A DNA stretch of 64,000 nt from Candidatus Nezhaarchaeota archaeon (lineage in GTDB: Archaea > Thermoproteota > Methanomethylicia > Nezhaarchaeales > WYZ-LMO8), in the NCBI GenBank assembly GCA_030055465.1, contig JASFYF010000001.1, forward strand, positions 958,581-1,022,580. Reading direction: 5' to 3'. This document shows positions 38,964-48,295 of this stretch, piece after piece (the first letter of the stretch is position 1; each line of letters opens with the position of its first letter). The notes beneath the pieces were generated by a model. That model did not search any database. It saw only the letters and a list, made by a program, of their open reading frames with translations, and had not been told where the DNA came from. Made by a program: the position numbers and the translations under genes.

Positions 38964-40110
38964 ATGAGTGAGCTTCTAAAGCGCTTTAGAGACGAAAAGA
39001 TTGCCCTCTCCATCTCAAAGAGGATACGCGAATTATTTGAAAAATTGGGACTTGAACGCTTAATTTTAATGCACGTGTGCGGTACACGAGGCTAAGCCTC
39101 GGCCGACACATGAGTGGACCATATCAAGATTTGGCCTTAGAAGCTTGCTGCCGAGGGGGCTTGAAGTTAGATCGGGACCAGGCTGCCCAGTCTGCGTTAC
39201 AAGCATAAGCGATATTCAGGCTGCAATAAGCTTGGCCTCCACAGAAAGAGTTGTGTTAACTACCTACGGTGACATGCTTCGAGTACCCGCCGTTGGGGGC
39301 ATGTCGCTAATGAAGGCTAAGGCAGGGGGAGCCGATGTCAGGGTAGTGTATAGCATAAGGGACTCTATCGAACTCGCTAAGAGGTTGAACTCCCAGGTTG
39401 TACATTTCGCTATAGGGTTTGAGACCACAGCCCCCACAACGGCCGTTGAGCTGCTTAACGGTGCCCCTGAAAACTTCGCCGTGATAGCTAGTCATAGGTT
39501 AATACCTCCAGCCATTGAGCACTTGCTTGAGGGCGGAGAAATAGCGATAGGGGGCTTCATATGTCCCGGCCACGTGTCGACAATAATAGGATCTGAACCC
39601 TATGAATCTCTATCTAAAAAGTACAAAAAACCAATGGTCATAAGTGGCTTCGAGCCGTTAGATGTCTTAGCATCAATACTGATGCTCCTCGAGCAGCTAA
39701 TTGAAGACAGACATGATGTAGAGATAGAGTACACTAGGAGCGTGCGAAGGGAAGGAAATAAAAGAGCAAAGGAAATCATCAATAGCGTCTTCGCGGTATG
39801 TGATGGCGAATGGCGAGGCATAGGCCTCATACCTCAATCTAAGTTGCGTTTAAGAGAGGAGTTTCAGAACCATGATGCCCTCAGGAAATTCGACGTTGAT
39901 GTGCCCGTAGAAGATGATAGGCCTTCAGGGTGCAAATGCTCCGAAGTTCTGAAGGGACTCATTTATCCTTGGGATTGTCCCCTCTATAATAAGGCTTGCA
40001 CGATTGCGAACCCCATAGGGCCCTGCGCTGTCAGCATGGAAGGGGCGTGCTTTATATCCATGAAGGAAGGGATTAAAGGCCTTGAAGATTTCTCTAAGAC
40101 AATTTTATAG
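38964..40110 (+). pseudogene. hypD: hydrogenase maturation protein HypD, reading frame interrupted by a 22-nt insert
   Basis: Codons 1-41 (ATG 38964 to ACA 39084-39086, ending MHVCGT) are in frame 0. The remainder (HEWTISRFGLRSLLPRGLEVRSGPGCPVCV ... GFETT, PGHVS, GPCAVSMEGAC) is in frame +1. Deleting nt 39087-39108 restores a HypD that is collinear with the E. coli segment MEVCGGHTHAIFKFGL. Confidence 0.85.
39087..39108 (+). other. 22-nt insert in hypD: ACAC-flanked 18-nt core with a 6-bp hairpin whose TAA loop is the in-frame stop
   Basis: ACAC occurs at 39084-39087 and at 39106-39109. The stem is CGAGGC (39087-39092) / GCCTCG (39096-39101). The TAA loop (39093-39095) is in frame with the upstream part. 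Confidence 0.8.
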
Positions 40111-40114
40111 ACCT

Positions 40115-41257
40115 TCACGCTAGTAAGAATACCTTCGAGGCTTCGCTGACCCCGGAGCCAAGCTCAACATCGTATCCAAGCTCTTTAAGGGTGCACTCTA
40201 GCGCGTTTATCGTAGTTATGACTATTGATTGGTTTACGATTCCCATGGAGCCTACCCTGATGATCTTGCCCTTCAGCTCAGCCATGCCGCCAGAGATGTA
40301 TATGTTGTGCTTTTCCCTCATAATCCTCCTTATCTCTGAGTCCTTCAGTCCGCTGGGCACTTCGAATACTGTAACAGTGTTGGACCTGAACTCGCGTTTT
40401 GCATAGCACTTTAATCCCATGGCTTCGTAAGCTCGGTAGAATGCTTCAGCGCATATTCTATGTCTTTTAATTCTGTTTTCTATGCCTTCTTCTCTCAGGA
40501 ACTTTAAAGCCTCATTCACAGCCATGAATATCTGTACTACCGGAGTGAAAGGTGTTTGCCTCCTTTCAAGGAAGAACTTTTTGTACAGCTTAAAGTCGAA
40601 GTAATGGCTTTTGGCCTTTGTTGACTTCACAACATCCCAGCCCCTTTCGCTTACAGAGACCATGCTTACGCCTGGTGGCGCTGCCAAGCATTTTTGGCTT
40701 GCCGCTGCGCAAAAGTCTATTTCCCATTCTCCTACTTTAAGCTCATCTCCGCCGAGACCTGATATGGCGTCAACCGCAACGAGGGCTCCGTGATCATGCG
40801 ATATCTTCGCTATTTCGCGCATTCGCCTCACGGCGACACCCGTTGAAGTTTCATTGAACACTATGAAGACCATCTTTACCTTCTCTTTTTGAAGGGCCTC
40901 TTCCACCTTTTCCGGTGTTACCGCCTCTCTTTGGGGTATGTCAACTGTTACAACCTTTCCACCATAAACCTCTACGACGTCTTTTACTCTATTCGTGAAG
41001 TTACCGTAGATTGGGACTAAGACCTTATCCCCTGGATTTATGGTGTTGCTCACAATGCTTTCCACAGCTCCCGTACCAGAGGCCGTGAAGGGTATTACAT
41101 CATAGTTCGCCTGGAAGAAGTACTTCAAATTCTCGAGTAGCTCACCGTAGAGTTCCTCAAACTCCGGCCCCCTATGATCAATTATCGGCTTGTAGGAGGC
41201 CTCTAGAATCCTAGGAGGCACATTTGTTGGTCCTGGTATCATTAATAGCTTGCTCAC
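40115..41257 (-). CDS. class V aminotransferase (serine-glyoxylate / alanine-glyoxylate / phosphoserine type)
   Basis: 380 aa starting MIPGPTNVPPRILEA, with a PLP-lysine context SQKCL. Confidence 0.85.
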   Translation of the reverse strand: MSKLLMIPGPTNVPPRILEASYKPIIDHRGPEFEELYGELLENLKYFFQANYDVIPFTASGTGAVESIVSNTINPGDKVLVPIYGNFTNRVKDVVEVYGGKVVTVDIPQREAVTPEKVEEALQKEKVKMVFIVFNETSTGVAVRRMREIAKISHDHGALVAVDAISGLGGDELKVGEWEIDFCAAASQKCLAAPPGVSMVSVSERGWDVVKSTKAKSHYFDFKLYKKFFLERRQTPFTPVVQIFMAVNEALKFLREEGIENRIKRHRICAEAFYRAYEAMGLKCYAKREFRSNTVTVFEVPSGLKDSEIRRIMREKHNIYISGGMAELKGKIIRVGSMGIVNQSIVITTINALECTLKELGYDVELGSGVSEASKVFLLA

Positions 41258-41318
41258 GCGCGCTCACCGTGCCTTTGGGGTAGATCCTAACAGGATTTTT
41301 ATACCTTTCTATCGAGGG

Positions 41319-41987
41319 CTAAGTGGAAGCCCGGATATCTTCTGCGGGAATTCCAAGCTGTTTTGCATTAATGAAGTGGGATGGAAGAACCTTGCCGCTC
41401 GCCGTTATGGCGACGCCTTCAACTCTTAGTAGATGCTTTTTTAATTCAACCCCTCCCTTATAACCGCCGACGCCTCGGTCACACCTCACAACTCTATGGC
41501 ATGGTATAATGATTGGCCATGGGTTTCTTGCGAGAGCAGCACCCACAGCTCTACTGGCATTACGATTTCCAATGAGTTCAGCAATGCTCCCATAACACGT
41601 AACCGAGCCATAAGGTATGAGTGTAACTATTGATAGCACCTTCTCCATGAAGTCCGATAGCCCCTCACGGCTCAGTTCAAACTTCGCGGAAGGCCTTTTA
41701 CCTTCAAGGTAAAGCTCGAGAAATTCGACAACCTCTTTTCCGGTTCTTCTAACCGCAGGATCCATTTCAGACTTAAACTTGTAGCTTACCTTAATCAGCG
41801 CGGCAGCTTTGGCTTCATTTAAAGCTTCTTCCTCGCTCTTCCTCAACAAGCTTAGGGAGATTAACCTGCCACTTCTGTCGATTATAGCTGCAATGTACTT
41901 GTCCCCTACCCTACCAATATGCATGAAGCCTTGGACAGGCTGATGCATAAGCGTTCGCCTAAGCTTACCTACGCATTTCATACTCAA
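41319..41987 (-). CDS. ogt: methylated-DNA-protein-cysteine methyltransferase with N-terminal extension
   Basis: Active site IIPCHRVV within a C-terminal MGMT domain. Confidence 0.8.
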   Translation of the reverse strand: MSMKCVGKLRRTLMHQPVQGFMHIGRVGDKYIAAIIDRSGRLISLSLLRKSEEEALNEAKAAALIKVSYKFKSEMDPAVRRTGKEVVEFLELYLEGKRPSAKFELSREGLSDFMEKVLSIVTLIPYGSVTCYGSIAELIGNRNASRAVGAALARNPWPIIIPCHRVVRCDRGVGGYKGGVELKKHLLRVEGVAITASGKVLPSHFINAKQLGIPAEDIRAST

Positions 41988-42072
41988 AAGGGTTGAGCAC
42001 CTAAGAATATTTTTGATTTTTTCCTGAAAACTCTTTTAAGCAACCTCCAAACATCTTTTTTACTGGCCTAAT

Positions 42073-42160
42073 GGGCCCGTCGTCTAGTCTGGTTAGGATA
42101 CCCGCCTGACGAGGCAGCTCAGAGCGCGGGTGGTCCCCGGTTCGAGTCCGGGCGGGCCCA
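42073..42160 (+). tRNA. tRNA-Val(GAC) with a ~13-nt intron (about 42112-42124)
   Basis: Acceptor GGGCCCG/CGGGCCC. Anticodon stem CCCGC...GCGGG encloses 20 nt beginning CTGACG. T arm CCCGG-TTCGAGT-CCGGG. No encoded CCA. Confidence 0.8.
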
Positions 42161-42226
42161 CTACCAGCAAGTTTTTAATTCATTTATGAAAGTCCTTTTT
42201 GTGAGCCATCGTCTTAGTGATGTTCT

Positions 42227-42475
42227 ATGAGGTTCAGGGCTCGAGTTGAGGTCAAGTTGAGGCCGGGCTTCTTCGACCCGGAGGGCGAGACTGTCAAGGA
42301 GGCCTTGAATGACCTAGGTTACAGAGTGGAAAATGTGAGGGTAAGCAAGGTCTACACTGTGGATATCGATGCGACGACGATTGATGAGGCCCGATTGCTT
42401 TTAGACGAAATGTGCAGAAGGCTCCTTGCAAATCCCACCAAAGACCTCTACGAGGTGGAGGTGCAACCTCTCTGA
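42227..42475 (+). CDS. purS: phosphoribosylformylglycinamidine synthase subunit PurS
   Basis: 82 aa with the PurS pattern (V.LRPGFFDPEGETVKEAL..LGY). Confidence 0.9.
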   Translation: MRFRARVEVKLRPGFFDPEGETVKEALNDLGYRVENVRVSKVYTVDIDATTIDEARLLLDEMCRRLLANPTKDLYEVEVQPL

Positions 42476-42492
42476 GGGCTCCATATCGAAGG

Positions 42493-44853
42493 TTGGATTT
42501 ACCCTTCGAGATTTACGAAGTTGACCTCATTGGCTCTAACGATGATGTATTGATGAAGATAAGCATTGAAATGGGCATCGGGCTAAACGCAGAAGAGATG
42601 AGGTATATTAAGGAGTACTTCAAGGGAGAGGGCAGAAACCCGACCGATGTGGAGCTTCAGACGATAGGTCAAACGTGGTCCGAGCATTGTTATCATAAGA
42701 CGTTTAAAGGAATTGTGAAGACCACCGACGGGAGAATCGTGGATAACATGTTTCGGAGTTACATAGCGTCTGTGGTAAAGGAGTTGAACCCGGACTGGTG
42801 CGTCTCGGTGTTTGAAGACAATGCTGGCATCGTGGATTTCGTGGACGGTTACGCGATAGCGGTAAAAGTTGAAACACATAACCACCCATCCGCAATAGAG
42901 CCCTTCGGGGGAGCAGCCACCGGGATAGGAGGTGTAATAAGGGATGTACTAGGTGTTTGGGCAGATCCAATAGCTAACATCGACGTCCTGTGTTTTGGAC
43001 CGTTGGATTACGATTACTCCAAGCTGCCGCCTGGAGTTAAACATCCCAGGTATCTTTTCAAAGGTATCGTGGCAGGCATAGGCTACTACGGCAATAACAT
43101 GGGAATCCCCACGGTGAGCGGAGCGATATGCTTTGATGAGGGTTACGTGGGTAACGTGGTTGTATACTGTGGCTGCGTAGGAATCCTGCCTAGAGATAGG
43201 TACCTTAGGAAGGTGAGGCCCGGAGACTCCGTAATACTGGTTGGAGGAAGAACGGGCAGAGACGGCATACATGGAGTGACTTTTGCATCGACGGAATTGA
43301 CTAAGGAATCCGAAGAAGCATCAAGGCCTGCTGTGCAAATACCGAATCCAATTGAAGAGGAAAAGCTGAGGAGGGCAATAATCAGGATAAGGGATGAGGG
43401 TTTAGCCTCTGGCATTACCGATCTAGGCGGCGGCGGCTTATCTAGCGCCACAGGAGAAACGGCAAACAAGTACAATTGTGGGGCGGTGATCGAGCTTTCA
43501 AAGGTAAAGCTAAAGGACCCCAACATGAGGCCGTGGGAGATATGGGTATCGGAGTCTCAGGAGAGAATGCTCATAGCCTCACCACCTCAAAACGTGGCCC
43601 GGATAATGGACATACTTGATGAAGAGGACTTAGAAGCCGCTGAGATAGGCAGATTCACGGAGCCCCGTAGGCTCAAAGTCCTATACCTAGGCTACACCGT
43701 AGCGGATTTGTCGTTGGACTTCCTCTTTTCCCCTCCTAGAGCTGTTAGGACAGCTGAAGTCAAGGAAGATGAGGGTGGGGAGGCAGACTTCGACTTTGCG
43801 ATGCCTAACGACCTTAGCTCGGTGCTATTGAGGCTTCTCAGCTCACCAAATATTGCCAGCAAAGAGTCCATCATTAGGACATACGATCATGAAGTAAAGG
43901 GAATGACAGCTATAAAGCCCCTCCAAGGATTGAGGTCTGGTCCAAACGATGCAGCGGTAATGAAGCCGTTACCATCATCGTGGGCGGGTGTAGTTTTGTC
44001 CTGCGGCATAAAGCCAAGTTATGGGAAGCTGAGCCCGTACTGGATGGCGGCCTCAGCTATAGATGAAGCCGTGAGAAATAACGTGTGCGTTGGAGGAAGG
44101 AGGTGGGCTCTGCTTGACAATTTTACGTGGGGAAATCCAGAGAAGCCGGATAGAATGGGATCCCTCCTCAAGGCTGTTGAGGCATGCTACTACGCAGCCA
44201 AAATATTTCAGGTACCCTTTATTTCAGGTAAAGATAGCCTATACAATGAATCTCCCTTGGGACCAGTAACCCCAACGCTATTAATAACCGCGGTGGGCAT
44301 AATACCGGATGTGAGGAAAGCCGTAACCGCCGACTTTAAGGTCCCGGGTGATCCCATCTACGTTATCGGTCTAACCCGAAGAGAGCTCGGGGGCTCTGAG
44401 TATTACAGGATTCTTAATGTGAAGAGTGGTTTGGTGCCCAGACTGCGTCCCTCGGCGGGGGAGCTGCCAAGTAGGATTATAAGGGCTATAGATTCAGGGG
44501 TGATAATGGCCTGTCACGACCCCTCCGAAGGAGGGTTGGCCGTGGCGCTAGCTGAAATGTGTTTGGCCTCGGGCTTTGGGGCTGAGGTGCATACCTCTAA
44601 CGTGCCTTTAGGCGAGCCCATGAGGGAGGACCTTGTCTTATTTTCAGAGTCCAATAGCAGGTTCATAGTTGAAGTTAAGGCCAACGCAGAAGAGGAGTTC
44701 TGTACCTTAATGGAAGGAATACCACACGCCAAAATAGGCTACGTCACTAAGAGTCCAACCTTCCTAGTTTACGGGTTCGATGGCAAATCACTTGTAGACG
44801 TTAACGTGGATGTGCTATGGAAGACTTGGAGGAACGCGTTGACTTCGAGGTGA
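42493..44853 (+). CDS. purL: phosphoribosylformylglycinamidine synthase subunit PurL
   Basis: PurL motifs (SEHCYHKTFKG, ETHNHPSAIEPFGGAATG). The tracked ORF start at 42412 overlaps purS. The in-frame TTG at 42493 or the ATG at MKISIEMG is more plausible. Confidence 0.9.
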   Translation: MDLPFEIYEVDLIGSNDDVLMKISIEMGIGLNAEEMRYIKEYFKGEGRNPTDVELQTIGQTWSEHCYHKTFKGIVKTTDGRIVDNMFRSYIASVVKELNPDWCVSVFEDNAGIVDFVDGYAIAVKVETHNHPSAIEPFGGAATGIGGVIRDVLGVWADPIANIDVLCFGPLDYDYSKLPPGVKHPRYLFKGIVAGIGYYGNNMGIPTVSGAICFDEGYVGNVVVYCGCVGILPRDRYLRKVRPGDSVILVGGRTGRDGIHGVTFASTELTKESEEASRPAVQIPNPIEEEKLRRAIIRIRDEGLASGITDLGGGGLSSATGETANKYNCGAVIELSKVKLKDPNMRPWEIWVSESQERMLIASPPQNVARIMDILDEEDLEAAEIGRFTEPRRLKVLYLGYTVADLSLDFLFSPPRAVRTAEVKEDEGGEADFDFAMPNDLSSVLLRLLSSPNIASKESIIRTYDHEVKGMTAIKPLQGLRSGPNDAAVMKPLPSSWAGVVLSCGIKPSYGKLSPYWMAASAIDEAVRNNVCVGGRRWALLDNFTWGNPEKPDRMGSLLKAVEACYYAAKIFQVPFISGKDSLYNESPLGPVTPTLLITAVGIIPDVRKAVTADFKVPGDPIYVIGLTRRELGGSEYYRILNVKSGLVPRLRPSAGELPSRIIRAIDSGVIMACHDPSEGGLAVALAEMCLASGFGAEVHTSNVPLGEPMREDLVLFSESNSRFIVEVKANAEEEFCTLMEGIPHAKIGYVTKSPTFLVYGFDGKSLVDVNVDVLWKTWRNALTSR

Positions 44854-44862
44854 AAGACCTTT

Positions 44863-45663
44863 ATGGGTCGCAAGAAGGCATGCATACTGAGGGTTGGTGG
44901 AACCAACTGCGACCTTGAAACTAAGGTGGCGCTCGACGATTTAGGCTTGGAGACCGAAATAATCCACATGAATCATTTGCTTAGAGGACACAGGCGACTC
45001 AACGATTACTCGCTTCTGGTTATTCCCGGCGGATTCTCATACGGCGACTACGTGAGGGCTGGAGCAATATGGGGTAAAAAAATGCTCTCCAAATTTAAGA
45101 AGGAAATAGAGGAGTTTATAGAGGAGGACAAGGCCGTAGTCGGAATATGTAATGGCTTTCAAGTGCTGGTTGAGTCTGGCGTGCTGCCTGGCATAGATGG
45201 ATCGATAAGCGAATATCCTAGGGCAACTTTAGCTACGAATTCATCGGCCAAATACGAGTGTAGGTGGATCCACCTGAAATATCATCAAGCCTCTTCGTGT
45301 AGGCTGCTGCCCGATCTGGATGAAGACACTGTATTGCGCATTCCCATAGGTCACGGCGAAGGAAACTTTATAGTAGGTGAAGAGGTCTTGGAGGAGATAA
45401 AAAGAGAAGGCCTAGTGGTCTTCACGTACTGTAAACCTGATGGCTCGCCAGCTAATGGCGAGTATCCTTACAACCCCAACGGCTCGATGTTGGACATAGC
45501 GGGAATATGCAACTCAAGGGGCAACGTCATGGGAATGATGCCGCATCCCGAGAGAGCATACTTCGGATGGCAAATGCCGGATTGGACCAGCAGGGGCCTG
45601 CAACCGTACGGTGACGGCAGCCTCGTGCTTAAGGCCATAGCAAGTTACGTAGAGAGGCTCTAA
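44863..45663 (+). CDS. purQ: phosphoribosylformylglycinamidine synthase glutaminase subunit PurQ
   Basis: Class I glutamine amidotransferase with GICNGFQVL and the HPE catalytic residues. Confidence 0.92.
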   Translation: MGRKKACILRVGGTNCDLETKVALDDLGLETEIIHMNHLLRGHRRLNDYSLLVIPGGFSYGDYVRAGAIWGKKMLSKFKKEIEEFIEEDKAVVGICNGFQVLVESGVLPGIDGSISEYPRATLATNSSAKYECRWIHLKYHQASSCRLLPDLDEDTVLRIPIGHGEGNFIVGEEVLEEIKREGLVVFTYCKPDGSPANGEYPYNPNGSMLDIAGICNSRGNVMGMMPHPERAYFGWQMPDWTSRGLQPYGDGSLVLKAIASYVERL

Positions 45664-46440
45664 CTACCTCCTAATGTAAGGTTTGAGGATTAGAGATGCG
45701 GCCTCAAGCCCTTTTTCGAGCATTATACCGGTGACCTCGCGCTTAAAATTCAAAATGCGAGGCATGATTTCTTCAGCAACTTCTATCTTGACGTCACTGC
45801 CGGAGATCCTAACCCTTAGATCCCCGTCACCTACTAGTTCCTTGATGCTGTTTTCCACTTCCTCTACGAGGGAGAGCAACTTCAAGTTTAATGGGGTAAA
45901 GGTGGCTATGCGAGTAGCCTTACAGCTGTTAGGCGGTTTACGTGCTGTGGGCAGACCGAACATTGCTGCGACCCTTCTGATATCATCCTTTTTAACTCCG
46001 AATAGGATGAAGGGAGAACACACGCCTTCTTCGTTAAGAGCCTTCAGACCAGGCCTATCTTTCGCCTCATCTACGTTGGTTCCATCAACCACCACCCAAC
46101 CATCATAGCCACGCGCCCGTAACCCCTCCTTAATGATTCTAATCCTCAACTTCTTGCACTTGTAGCATCTCAGCGGCGTGTTTAAGGCTACGTGCGTCTC
46201 TGAGAGCTCATTAGCTGGCAATATCAGGTGCTCAATTCCGATTTGGTGAGCTAGGTTGCGAGCATCTTCTAGGTCCCTTCTAAATGTGAGTGGTGAATCT
46301 ACCGTCACCGCGACCACCCTTTCGCGGCCTAAAGCACTAGTAGATATGAACGTCAATAGAGAGCTGTCGACACCACCTGACAGCATCACCGCAACCCTCT
46401 CAAGGTTTTTTAGGTAGCACGTGATTTTTTCGAGGTCCAC
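45664..46440 (-). CDS. PP-loop ATP pyrophosphatase, LarE-like (COG1606-type)
   Basis: MLSGGVDSS PP-loop. Size 258 aa. Confidence 0.7.
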   Translation of the reverse strand: MDLEKITCYLKNLERVAVMLSGGVDSSLLTFISTSALGRERVVAVTVDSPLTFRRDLEDARNLAHQIGIEHLILPANELSETHVALNTPLRCYKCKKLRIRIIKEGLRARGYDGWVVVDGTNVDEAKDRPGLKALNEEGVCSPFILFGVKKDDIRRVAAMFGLPTARKPPNSCKATRIATFTPLNLKLLSLVEEVENSIKELVGDGDLRVRISGSDVKIEVAEEIMPRILNFKREVTGIMLEKGLEAASLILKPYIRR

Positions 46441-46444
46441 TTAA

Positions 46445-47665
46445 TCACGACACCCCCTTAAGCGTTCTAACTACGTTCTCCAAAGCTTCTAAGAACACAT
46501 CAACCTCTTCGGCTGTATTGTAGAGGTAGAGCGAAGCCCTTACTACGCCAAGCCCTTCTCCAAGAATATCGCGGACCAGCGGTATTGCACAATGGAAGCC
46601 CGCCCTCACGCAAATGTTGAGGTTACCCATGGCTAGCGCCACATCTTCAGCTTTAACGCCTTCAACAGAAAACGATATTATGCCTGTCTGCGGGTCTTCA
46701 GGTCCTAGGACCTTGATGAAGGGCAGAGCTGATATGGATTTTCTAATCTTTCGAGCCAGCTCAACTTCATGCCTCGCTATATTTTCAAGGCCTATACTTG
46801 TTAGGTAATCTATGGCAGCACCCAACCCTATAACGTCGCTTATAGGAGGAGTTCCAGCCTCAAACACGGCTGGTCTTCCCACAAGCCTGTAACCGCTCAG
46901 CGATGCGTCAGACACTGTTCCTCCCCCCACGTTTAGGGGCTCAACTTCAACGCCTTCATTAATGTAGAGCACGCCAACTCCCGGAGGGCCGCACATTTTA
47001 TGGGCTGAGAATGCCAGGAAATCGCATTTGAAACTCCTCAAATCTATGGGCATGTGTGGAGCTGATTGCGCTGCGTCGACAAACAATAGAGCTCCATGAG
47101 AACAGGCCACCTCGGCTATATCCTTGAGCGGGGTTATCGTTCCCAACACATTGGATACGTGAGCCACCGATATAACTCTCGTGTTATTGTCCACAGCCTT
47201 TTCGAGGTCTTCCACCATCAACAGCCCATCTCTATTGGGCTTCACCGTTCTCAACTCAAAACCGTGGAGCTTGCTCGACCTAAGCCAAGGCAGCATGTTT
47301 GAGTGATGCTCCAAAGCCGTTATGACTACATTATCTTCCTTGCGCCATTTAATGCCAGCTGAGACCAGGTTAATCGCTTCAGTGGTGTTTTTAACGAAAG
47401 CAACTTCTTTGGGCTTGGCGCCGATGAACTTAGCTGCCTTCTCCCTAACGTCCTCATACATTTCCGTGGCTATCCGGGCGAGAGGATACGAGCCCCTACC
47501 CACGTTTGCCCTGCACTCTAGAAGGTAGTTAACCATAGCGTCGACGACTTTCCGTGGCGTCAACGACGTTGCCGCGTTGTCAAAGTATATTAAACCCTTG
47601 GAGAGCAGTGGAAAGTCCTTCCTCACTTCATGGACGTCATAGCCCGTCATCTTTCTCCTCAACAA
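46445..47665 (-). CDS. cysteine desulfurase (class V aminotransferase, SufS/NifS-like)
   Basis: 406 aa with the SAHKMCGPPGVG PLP-lysine context and a C-terminal catalytic-loop Cys (RAGFHCA). Confidence 0.85.
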   Translation of the reverse strand: MLRRKMTGYDVHEVRKDFPLLSKGLIYFDNAATSLTPRKVVDAMVNYLLECRANVGRGSYPLARIATEMYEDVREKAAKFIGAKPKEVAFVKNTTEAINLVSAGIKWRKEDNVVITALEHHSNMLPWLRSSKLHGFELRTVKPNRDGLLMVEDLEKAVDNNTRVISVAHVSNVLGTITPLKDIAEVACSHGALLFVDAAQSAPHMPIDLRSFKCDFLAFSAHKMCGPPGVGVLYINEGVEVEPLNVGGGTVSDASLSGYRLVGRPAVFEAGTPPISDVIGLGAAIDYLTSIGLENIARHEVELARKIRKSISALPFIKVLGPEDPQTGIISFSVEGVKAEDVALAMGNLNICVRAGFHCAIPLVRDILGEGLGVVRASLYLYNTAEEVDVFLEALENVVRTLKGVS

Positions 47666-47725
47666 AAATCATAAAGACCCCCGAGATAAATTGATTCTGT
47701 GAGCTCGGGCTATAGGTTTTAAACT

Positions 47726-48295
47726 ATGTCCCTTCCAACTCCTGAAGACATTAGAAGGATGAGGTTGATGGCTGGACTTACCCAGAAAGAGCTGGCTGAG
47801 CGGGCAGGCGTAAGCCAGTCGCTTATAGCCCGCATAGAGGCCGGAACCGTTGATCCTAGGGCTTCGACGCTTAGGAAGATATTGAAAGCGTTGATGCCGT
47901 CCATAGGGGGGCTGAGCGCCGAAGAAGTGATGCATAGCCCAGTTATATGGGTTGAGGCAGGCGAATCCGTTAAAAACGTCGTTGAGATCATGGAAGGCTA
48001 CGGTGTATCGCAGATACCGGTGTTGAAAGAGGGAAGAATAGTGGGTACGGTCTACGAGTCCACGATTCTTAGGCACTTTTTAAAAGCGAAGAATCCGACC
48101 TCTCTTTTCAATAAGCCCGTCCAAGAAGTCATGGATGAGGCATTGCCTATGGTTTCTACTTCGACTTCAATAAGCGACGTCCTAGCGCTTTTAAGCGGAG
48201 ATAAACCAGCTGTCTTGGTAGTTAAGGACGGCAAGCTTTTAGGCATAGTAACTAAAATTGACGTCATCTCAGCCATTAAACCTAAAGGCAGATGA
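47726..48295 (+). CDS. XRE-type HTH domain fused to a CBS pair
   Basis: LTQKELAERAGVSQSLIARIE is followed by two CBS motifs. Confidence 0.8.
   Translation: MSLPTPEDIRRMRLMAGLTQKELAERAGVSQSLIARIEAGTVDPRASTLRKILKALMPSIGGLSAEEVMHSPVIWVEAGESVKNVVEIMEGYGVSQIPVLKEGRIVGTVYESTILRHFLKAKNPTSLFNKPVQEVMDEALPMVSTSTSISDVLALLSGDKPAVLVVKDGKLLGIVTKIDVISAIKPKGR

Noticed and set aside
39071-39112. The hypD 22-nt insert as a bulge-helix-bulge (BHB) intron cut by the tRNA splicing endonuclease, as for crenarchaeal cbf5 pre-mRNA.
   Set aside because: My hand fold gives an outer helix (39074-39082 with 39103-39112, A39106 bulged), a UACA/G internal loop and a 6-bp hairpin. The bulges are staggered in the opposite sense to a canonical 3-4-3 BHB, and the required cut sites do not fall in them. 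This was done only by eye, so a relaxed BHB is not fully excluded.
42412-42492. The tracked purL ORF start at 42412, which overlaps purS by 64 nt.
   Set aside because: The N-terminal 27 residues (MQKAPCKSHQRPLRGGGATS...) are not PurL-like and lie in the purS coding region. A start at the TTG at 42493 or at a later ATG is preferred.
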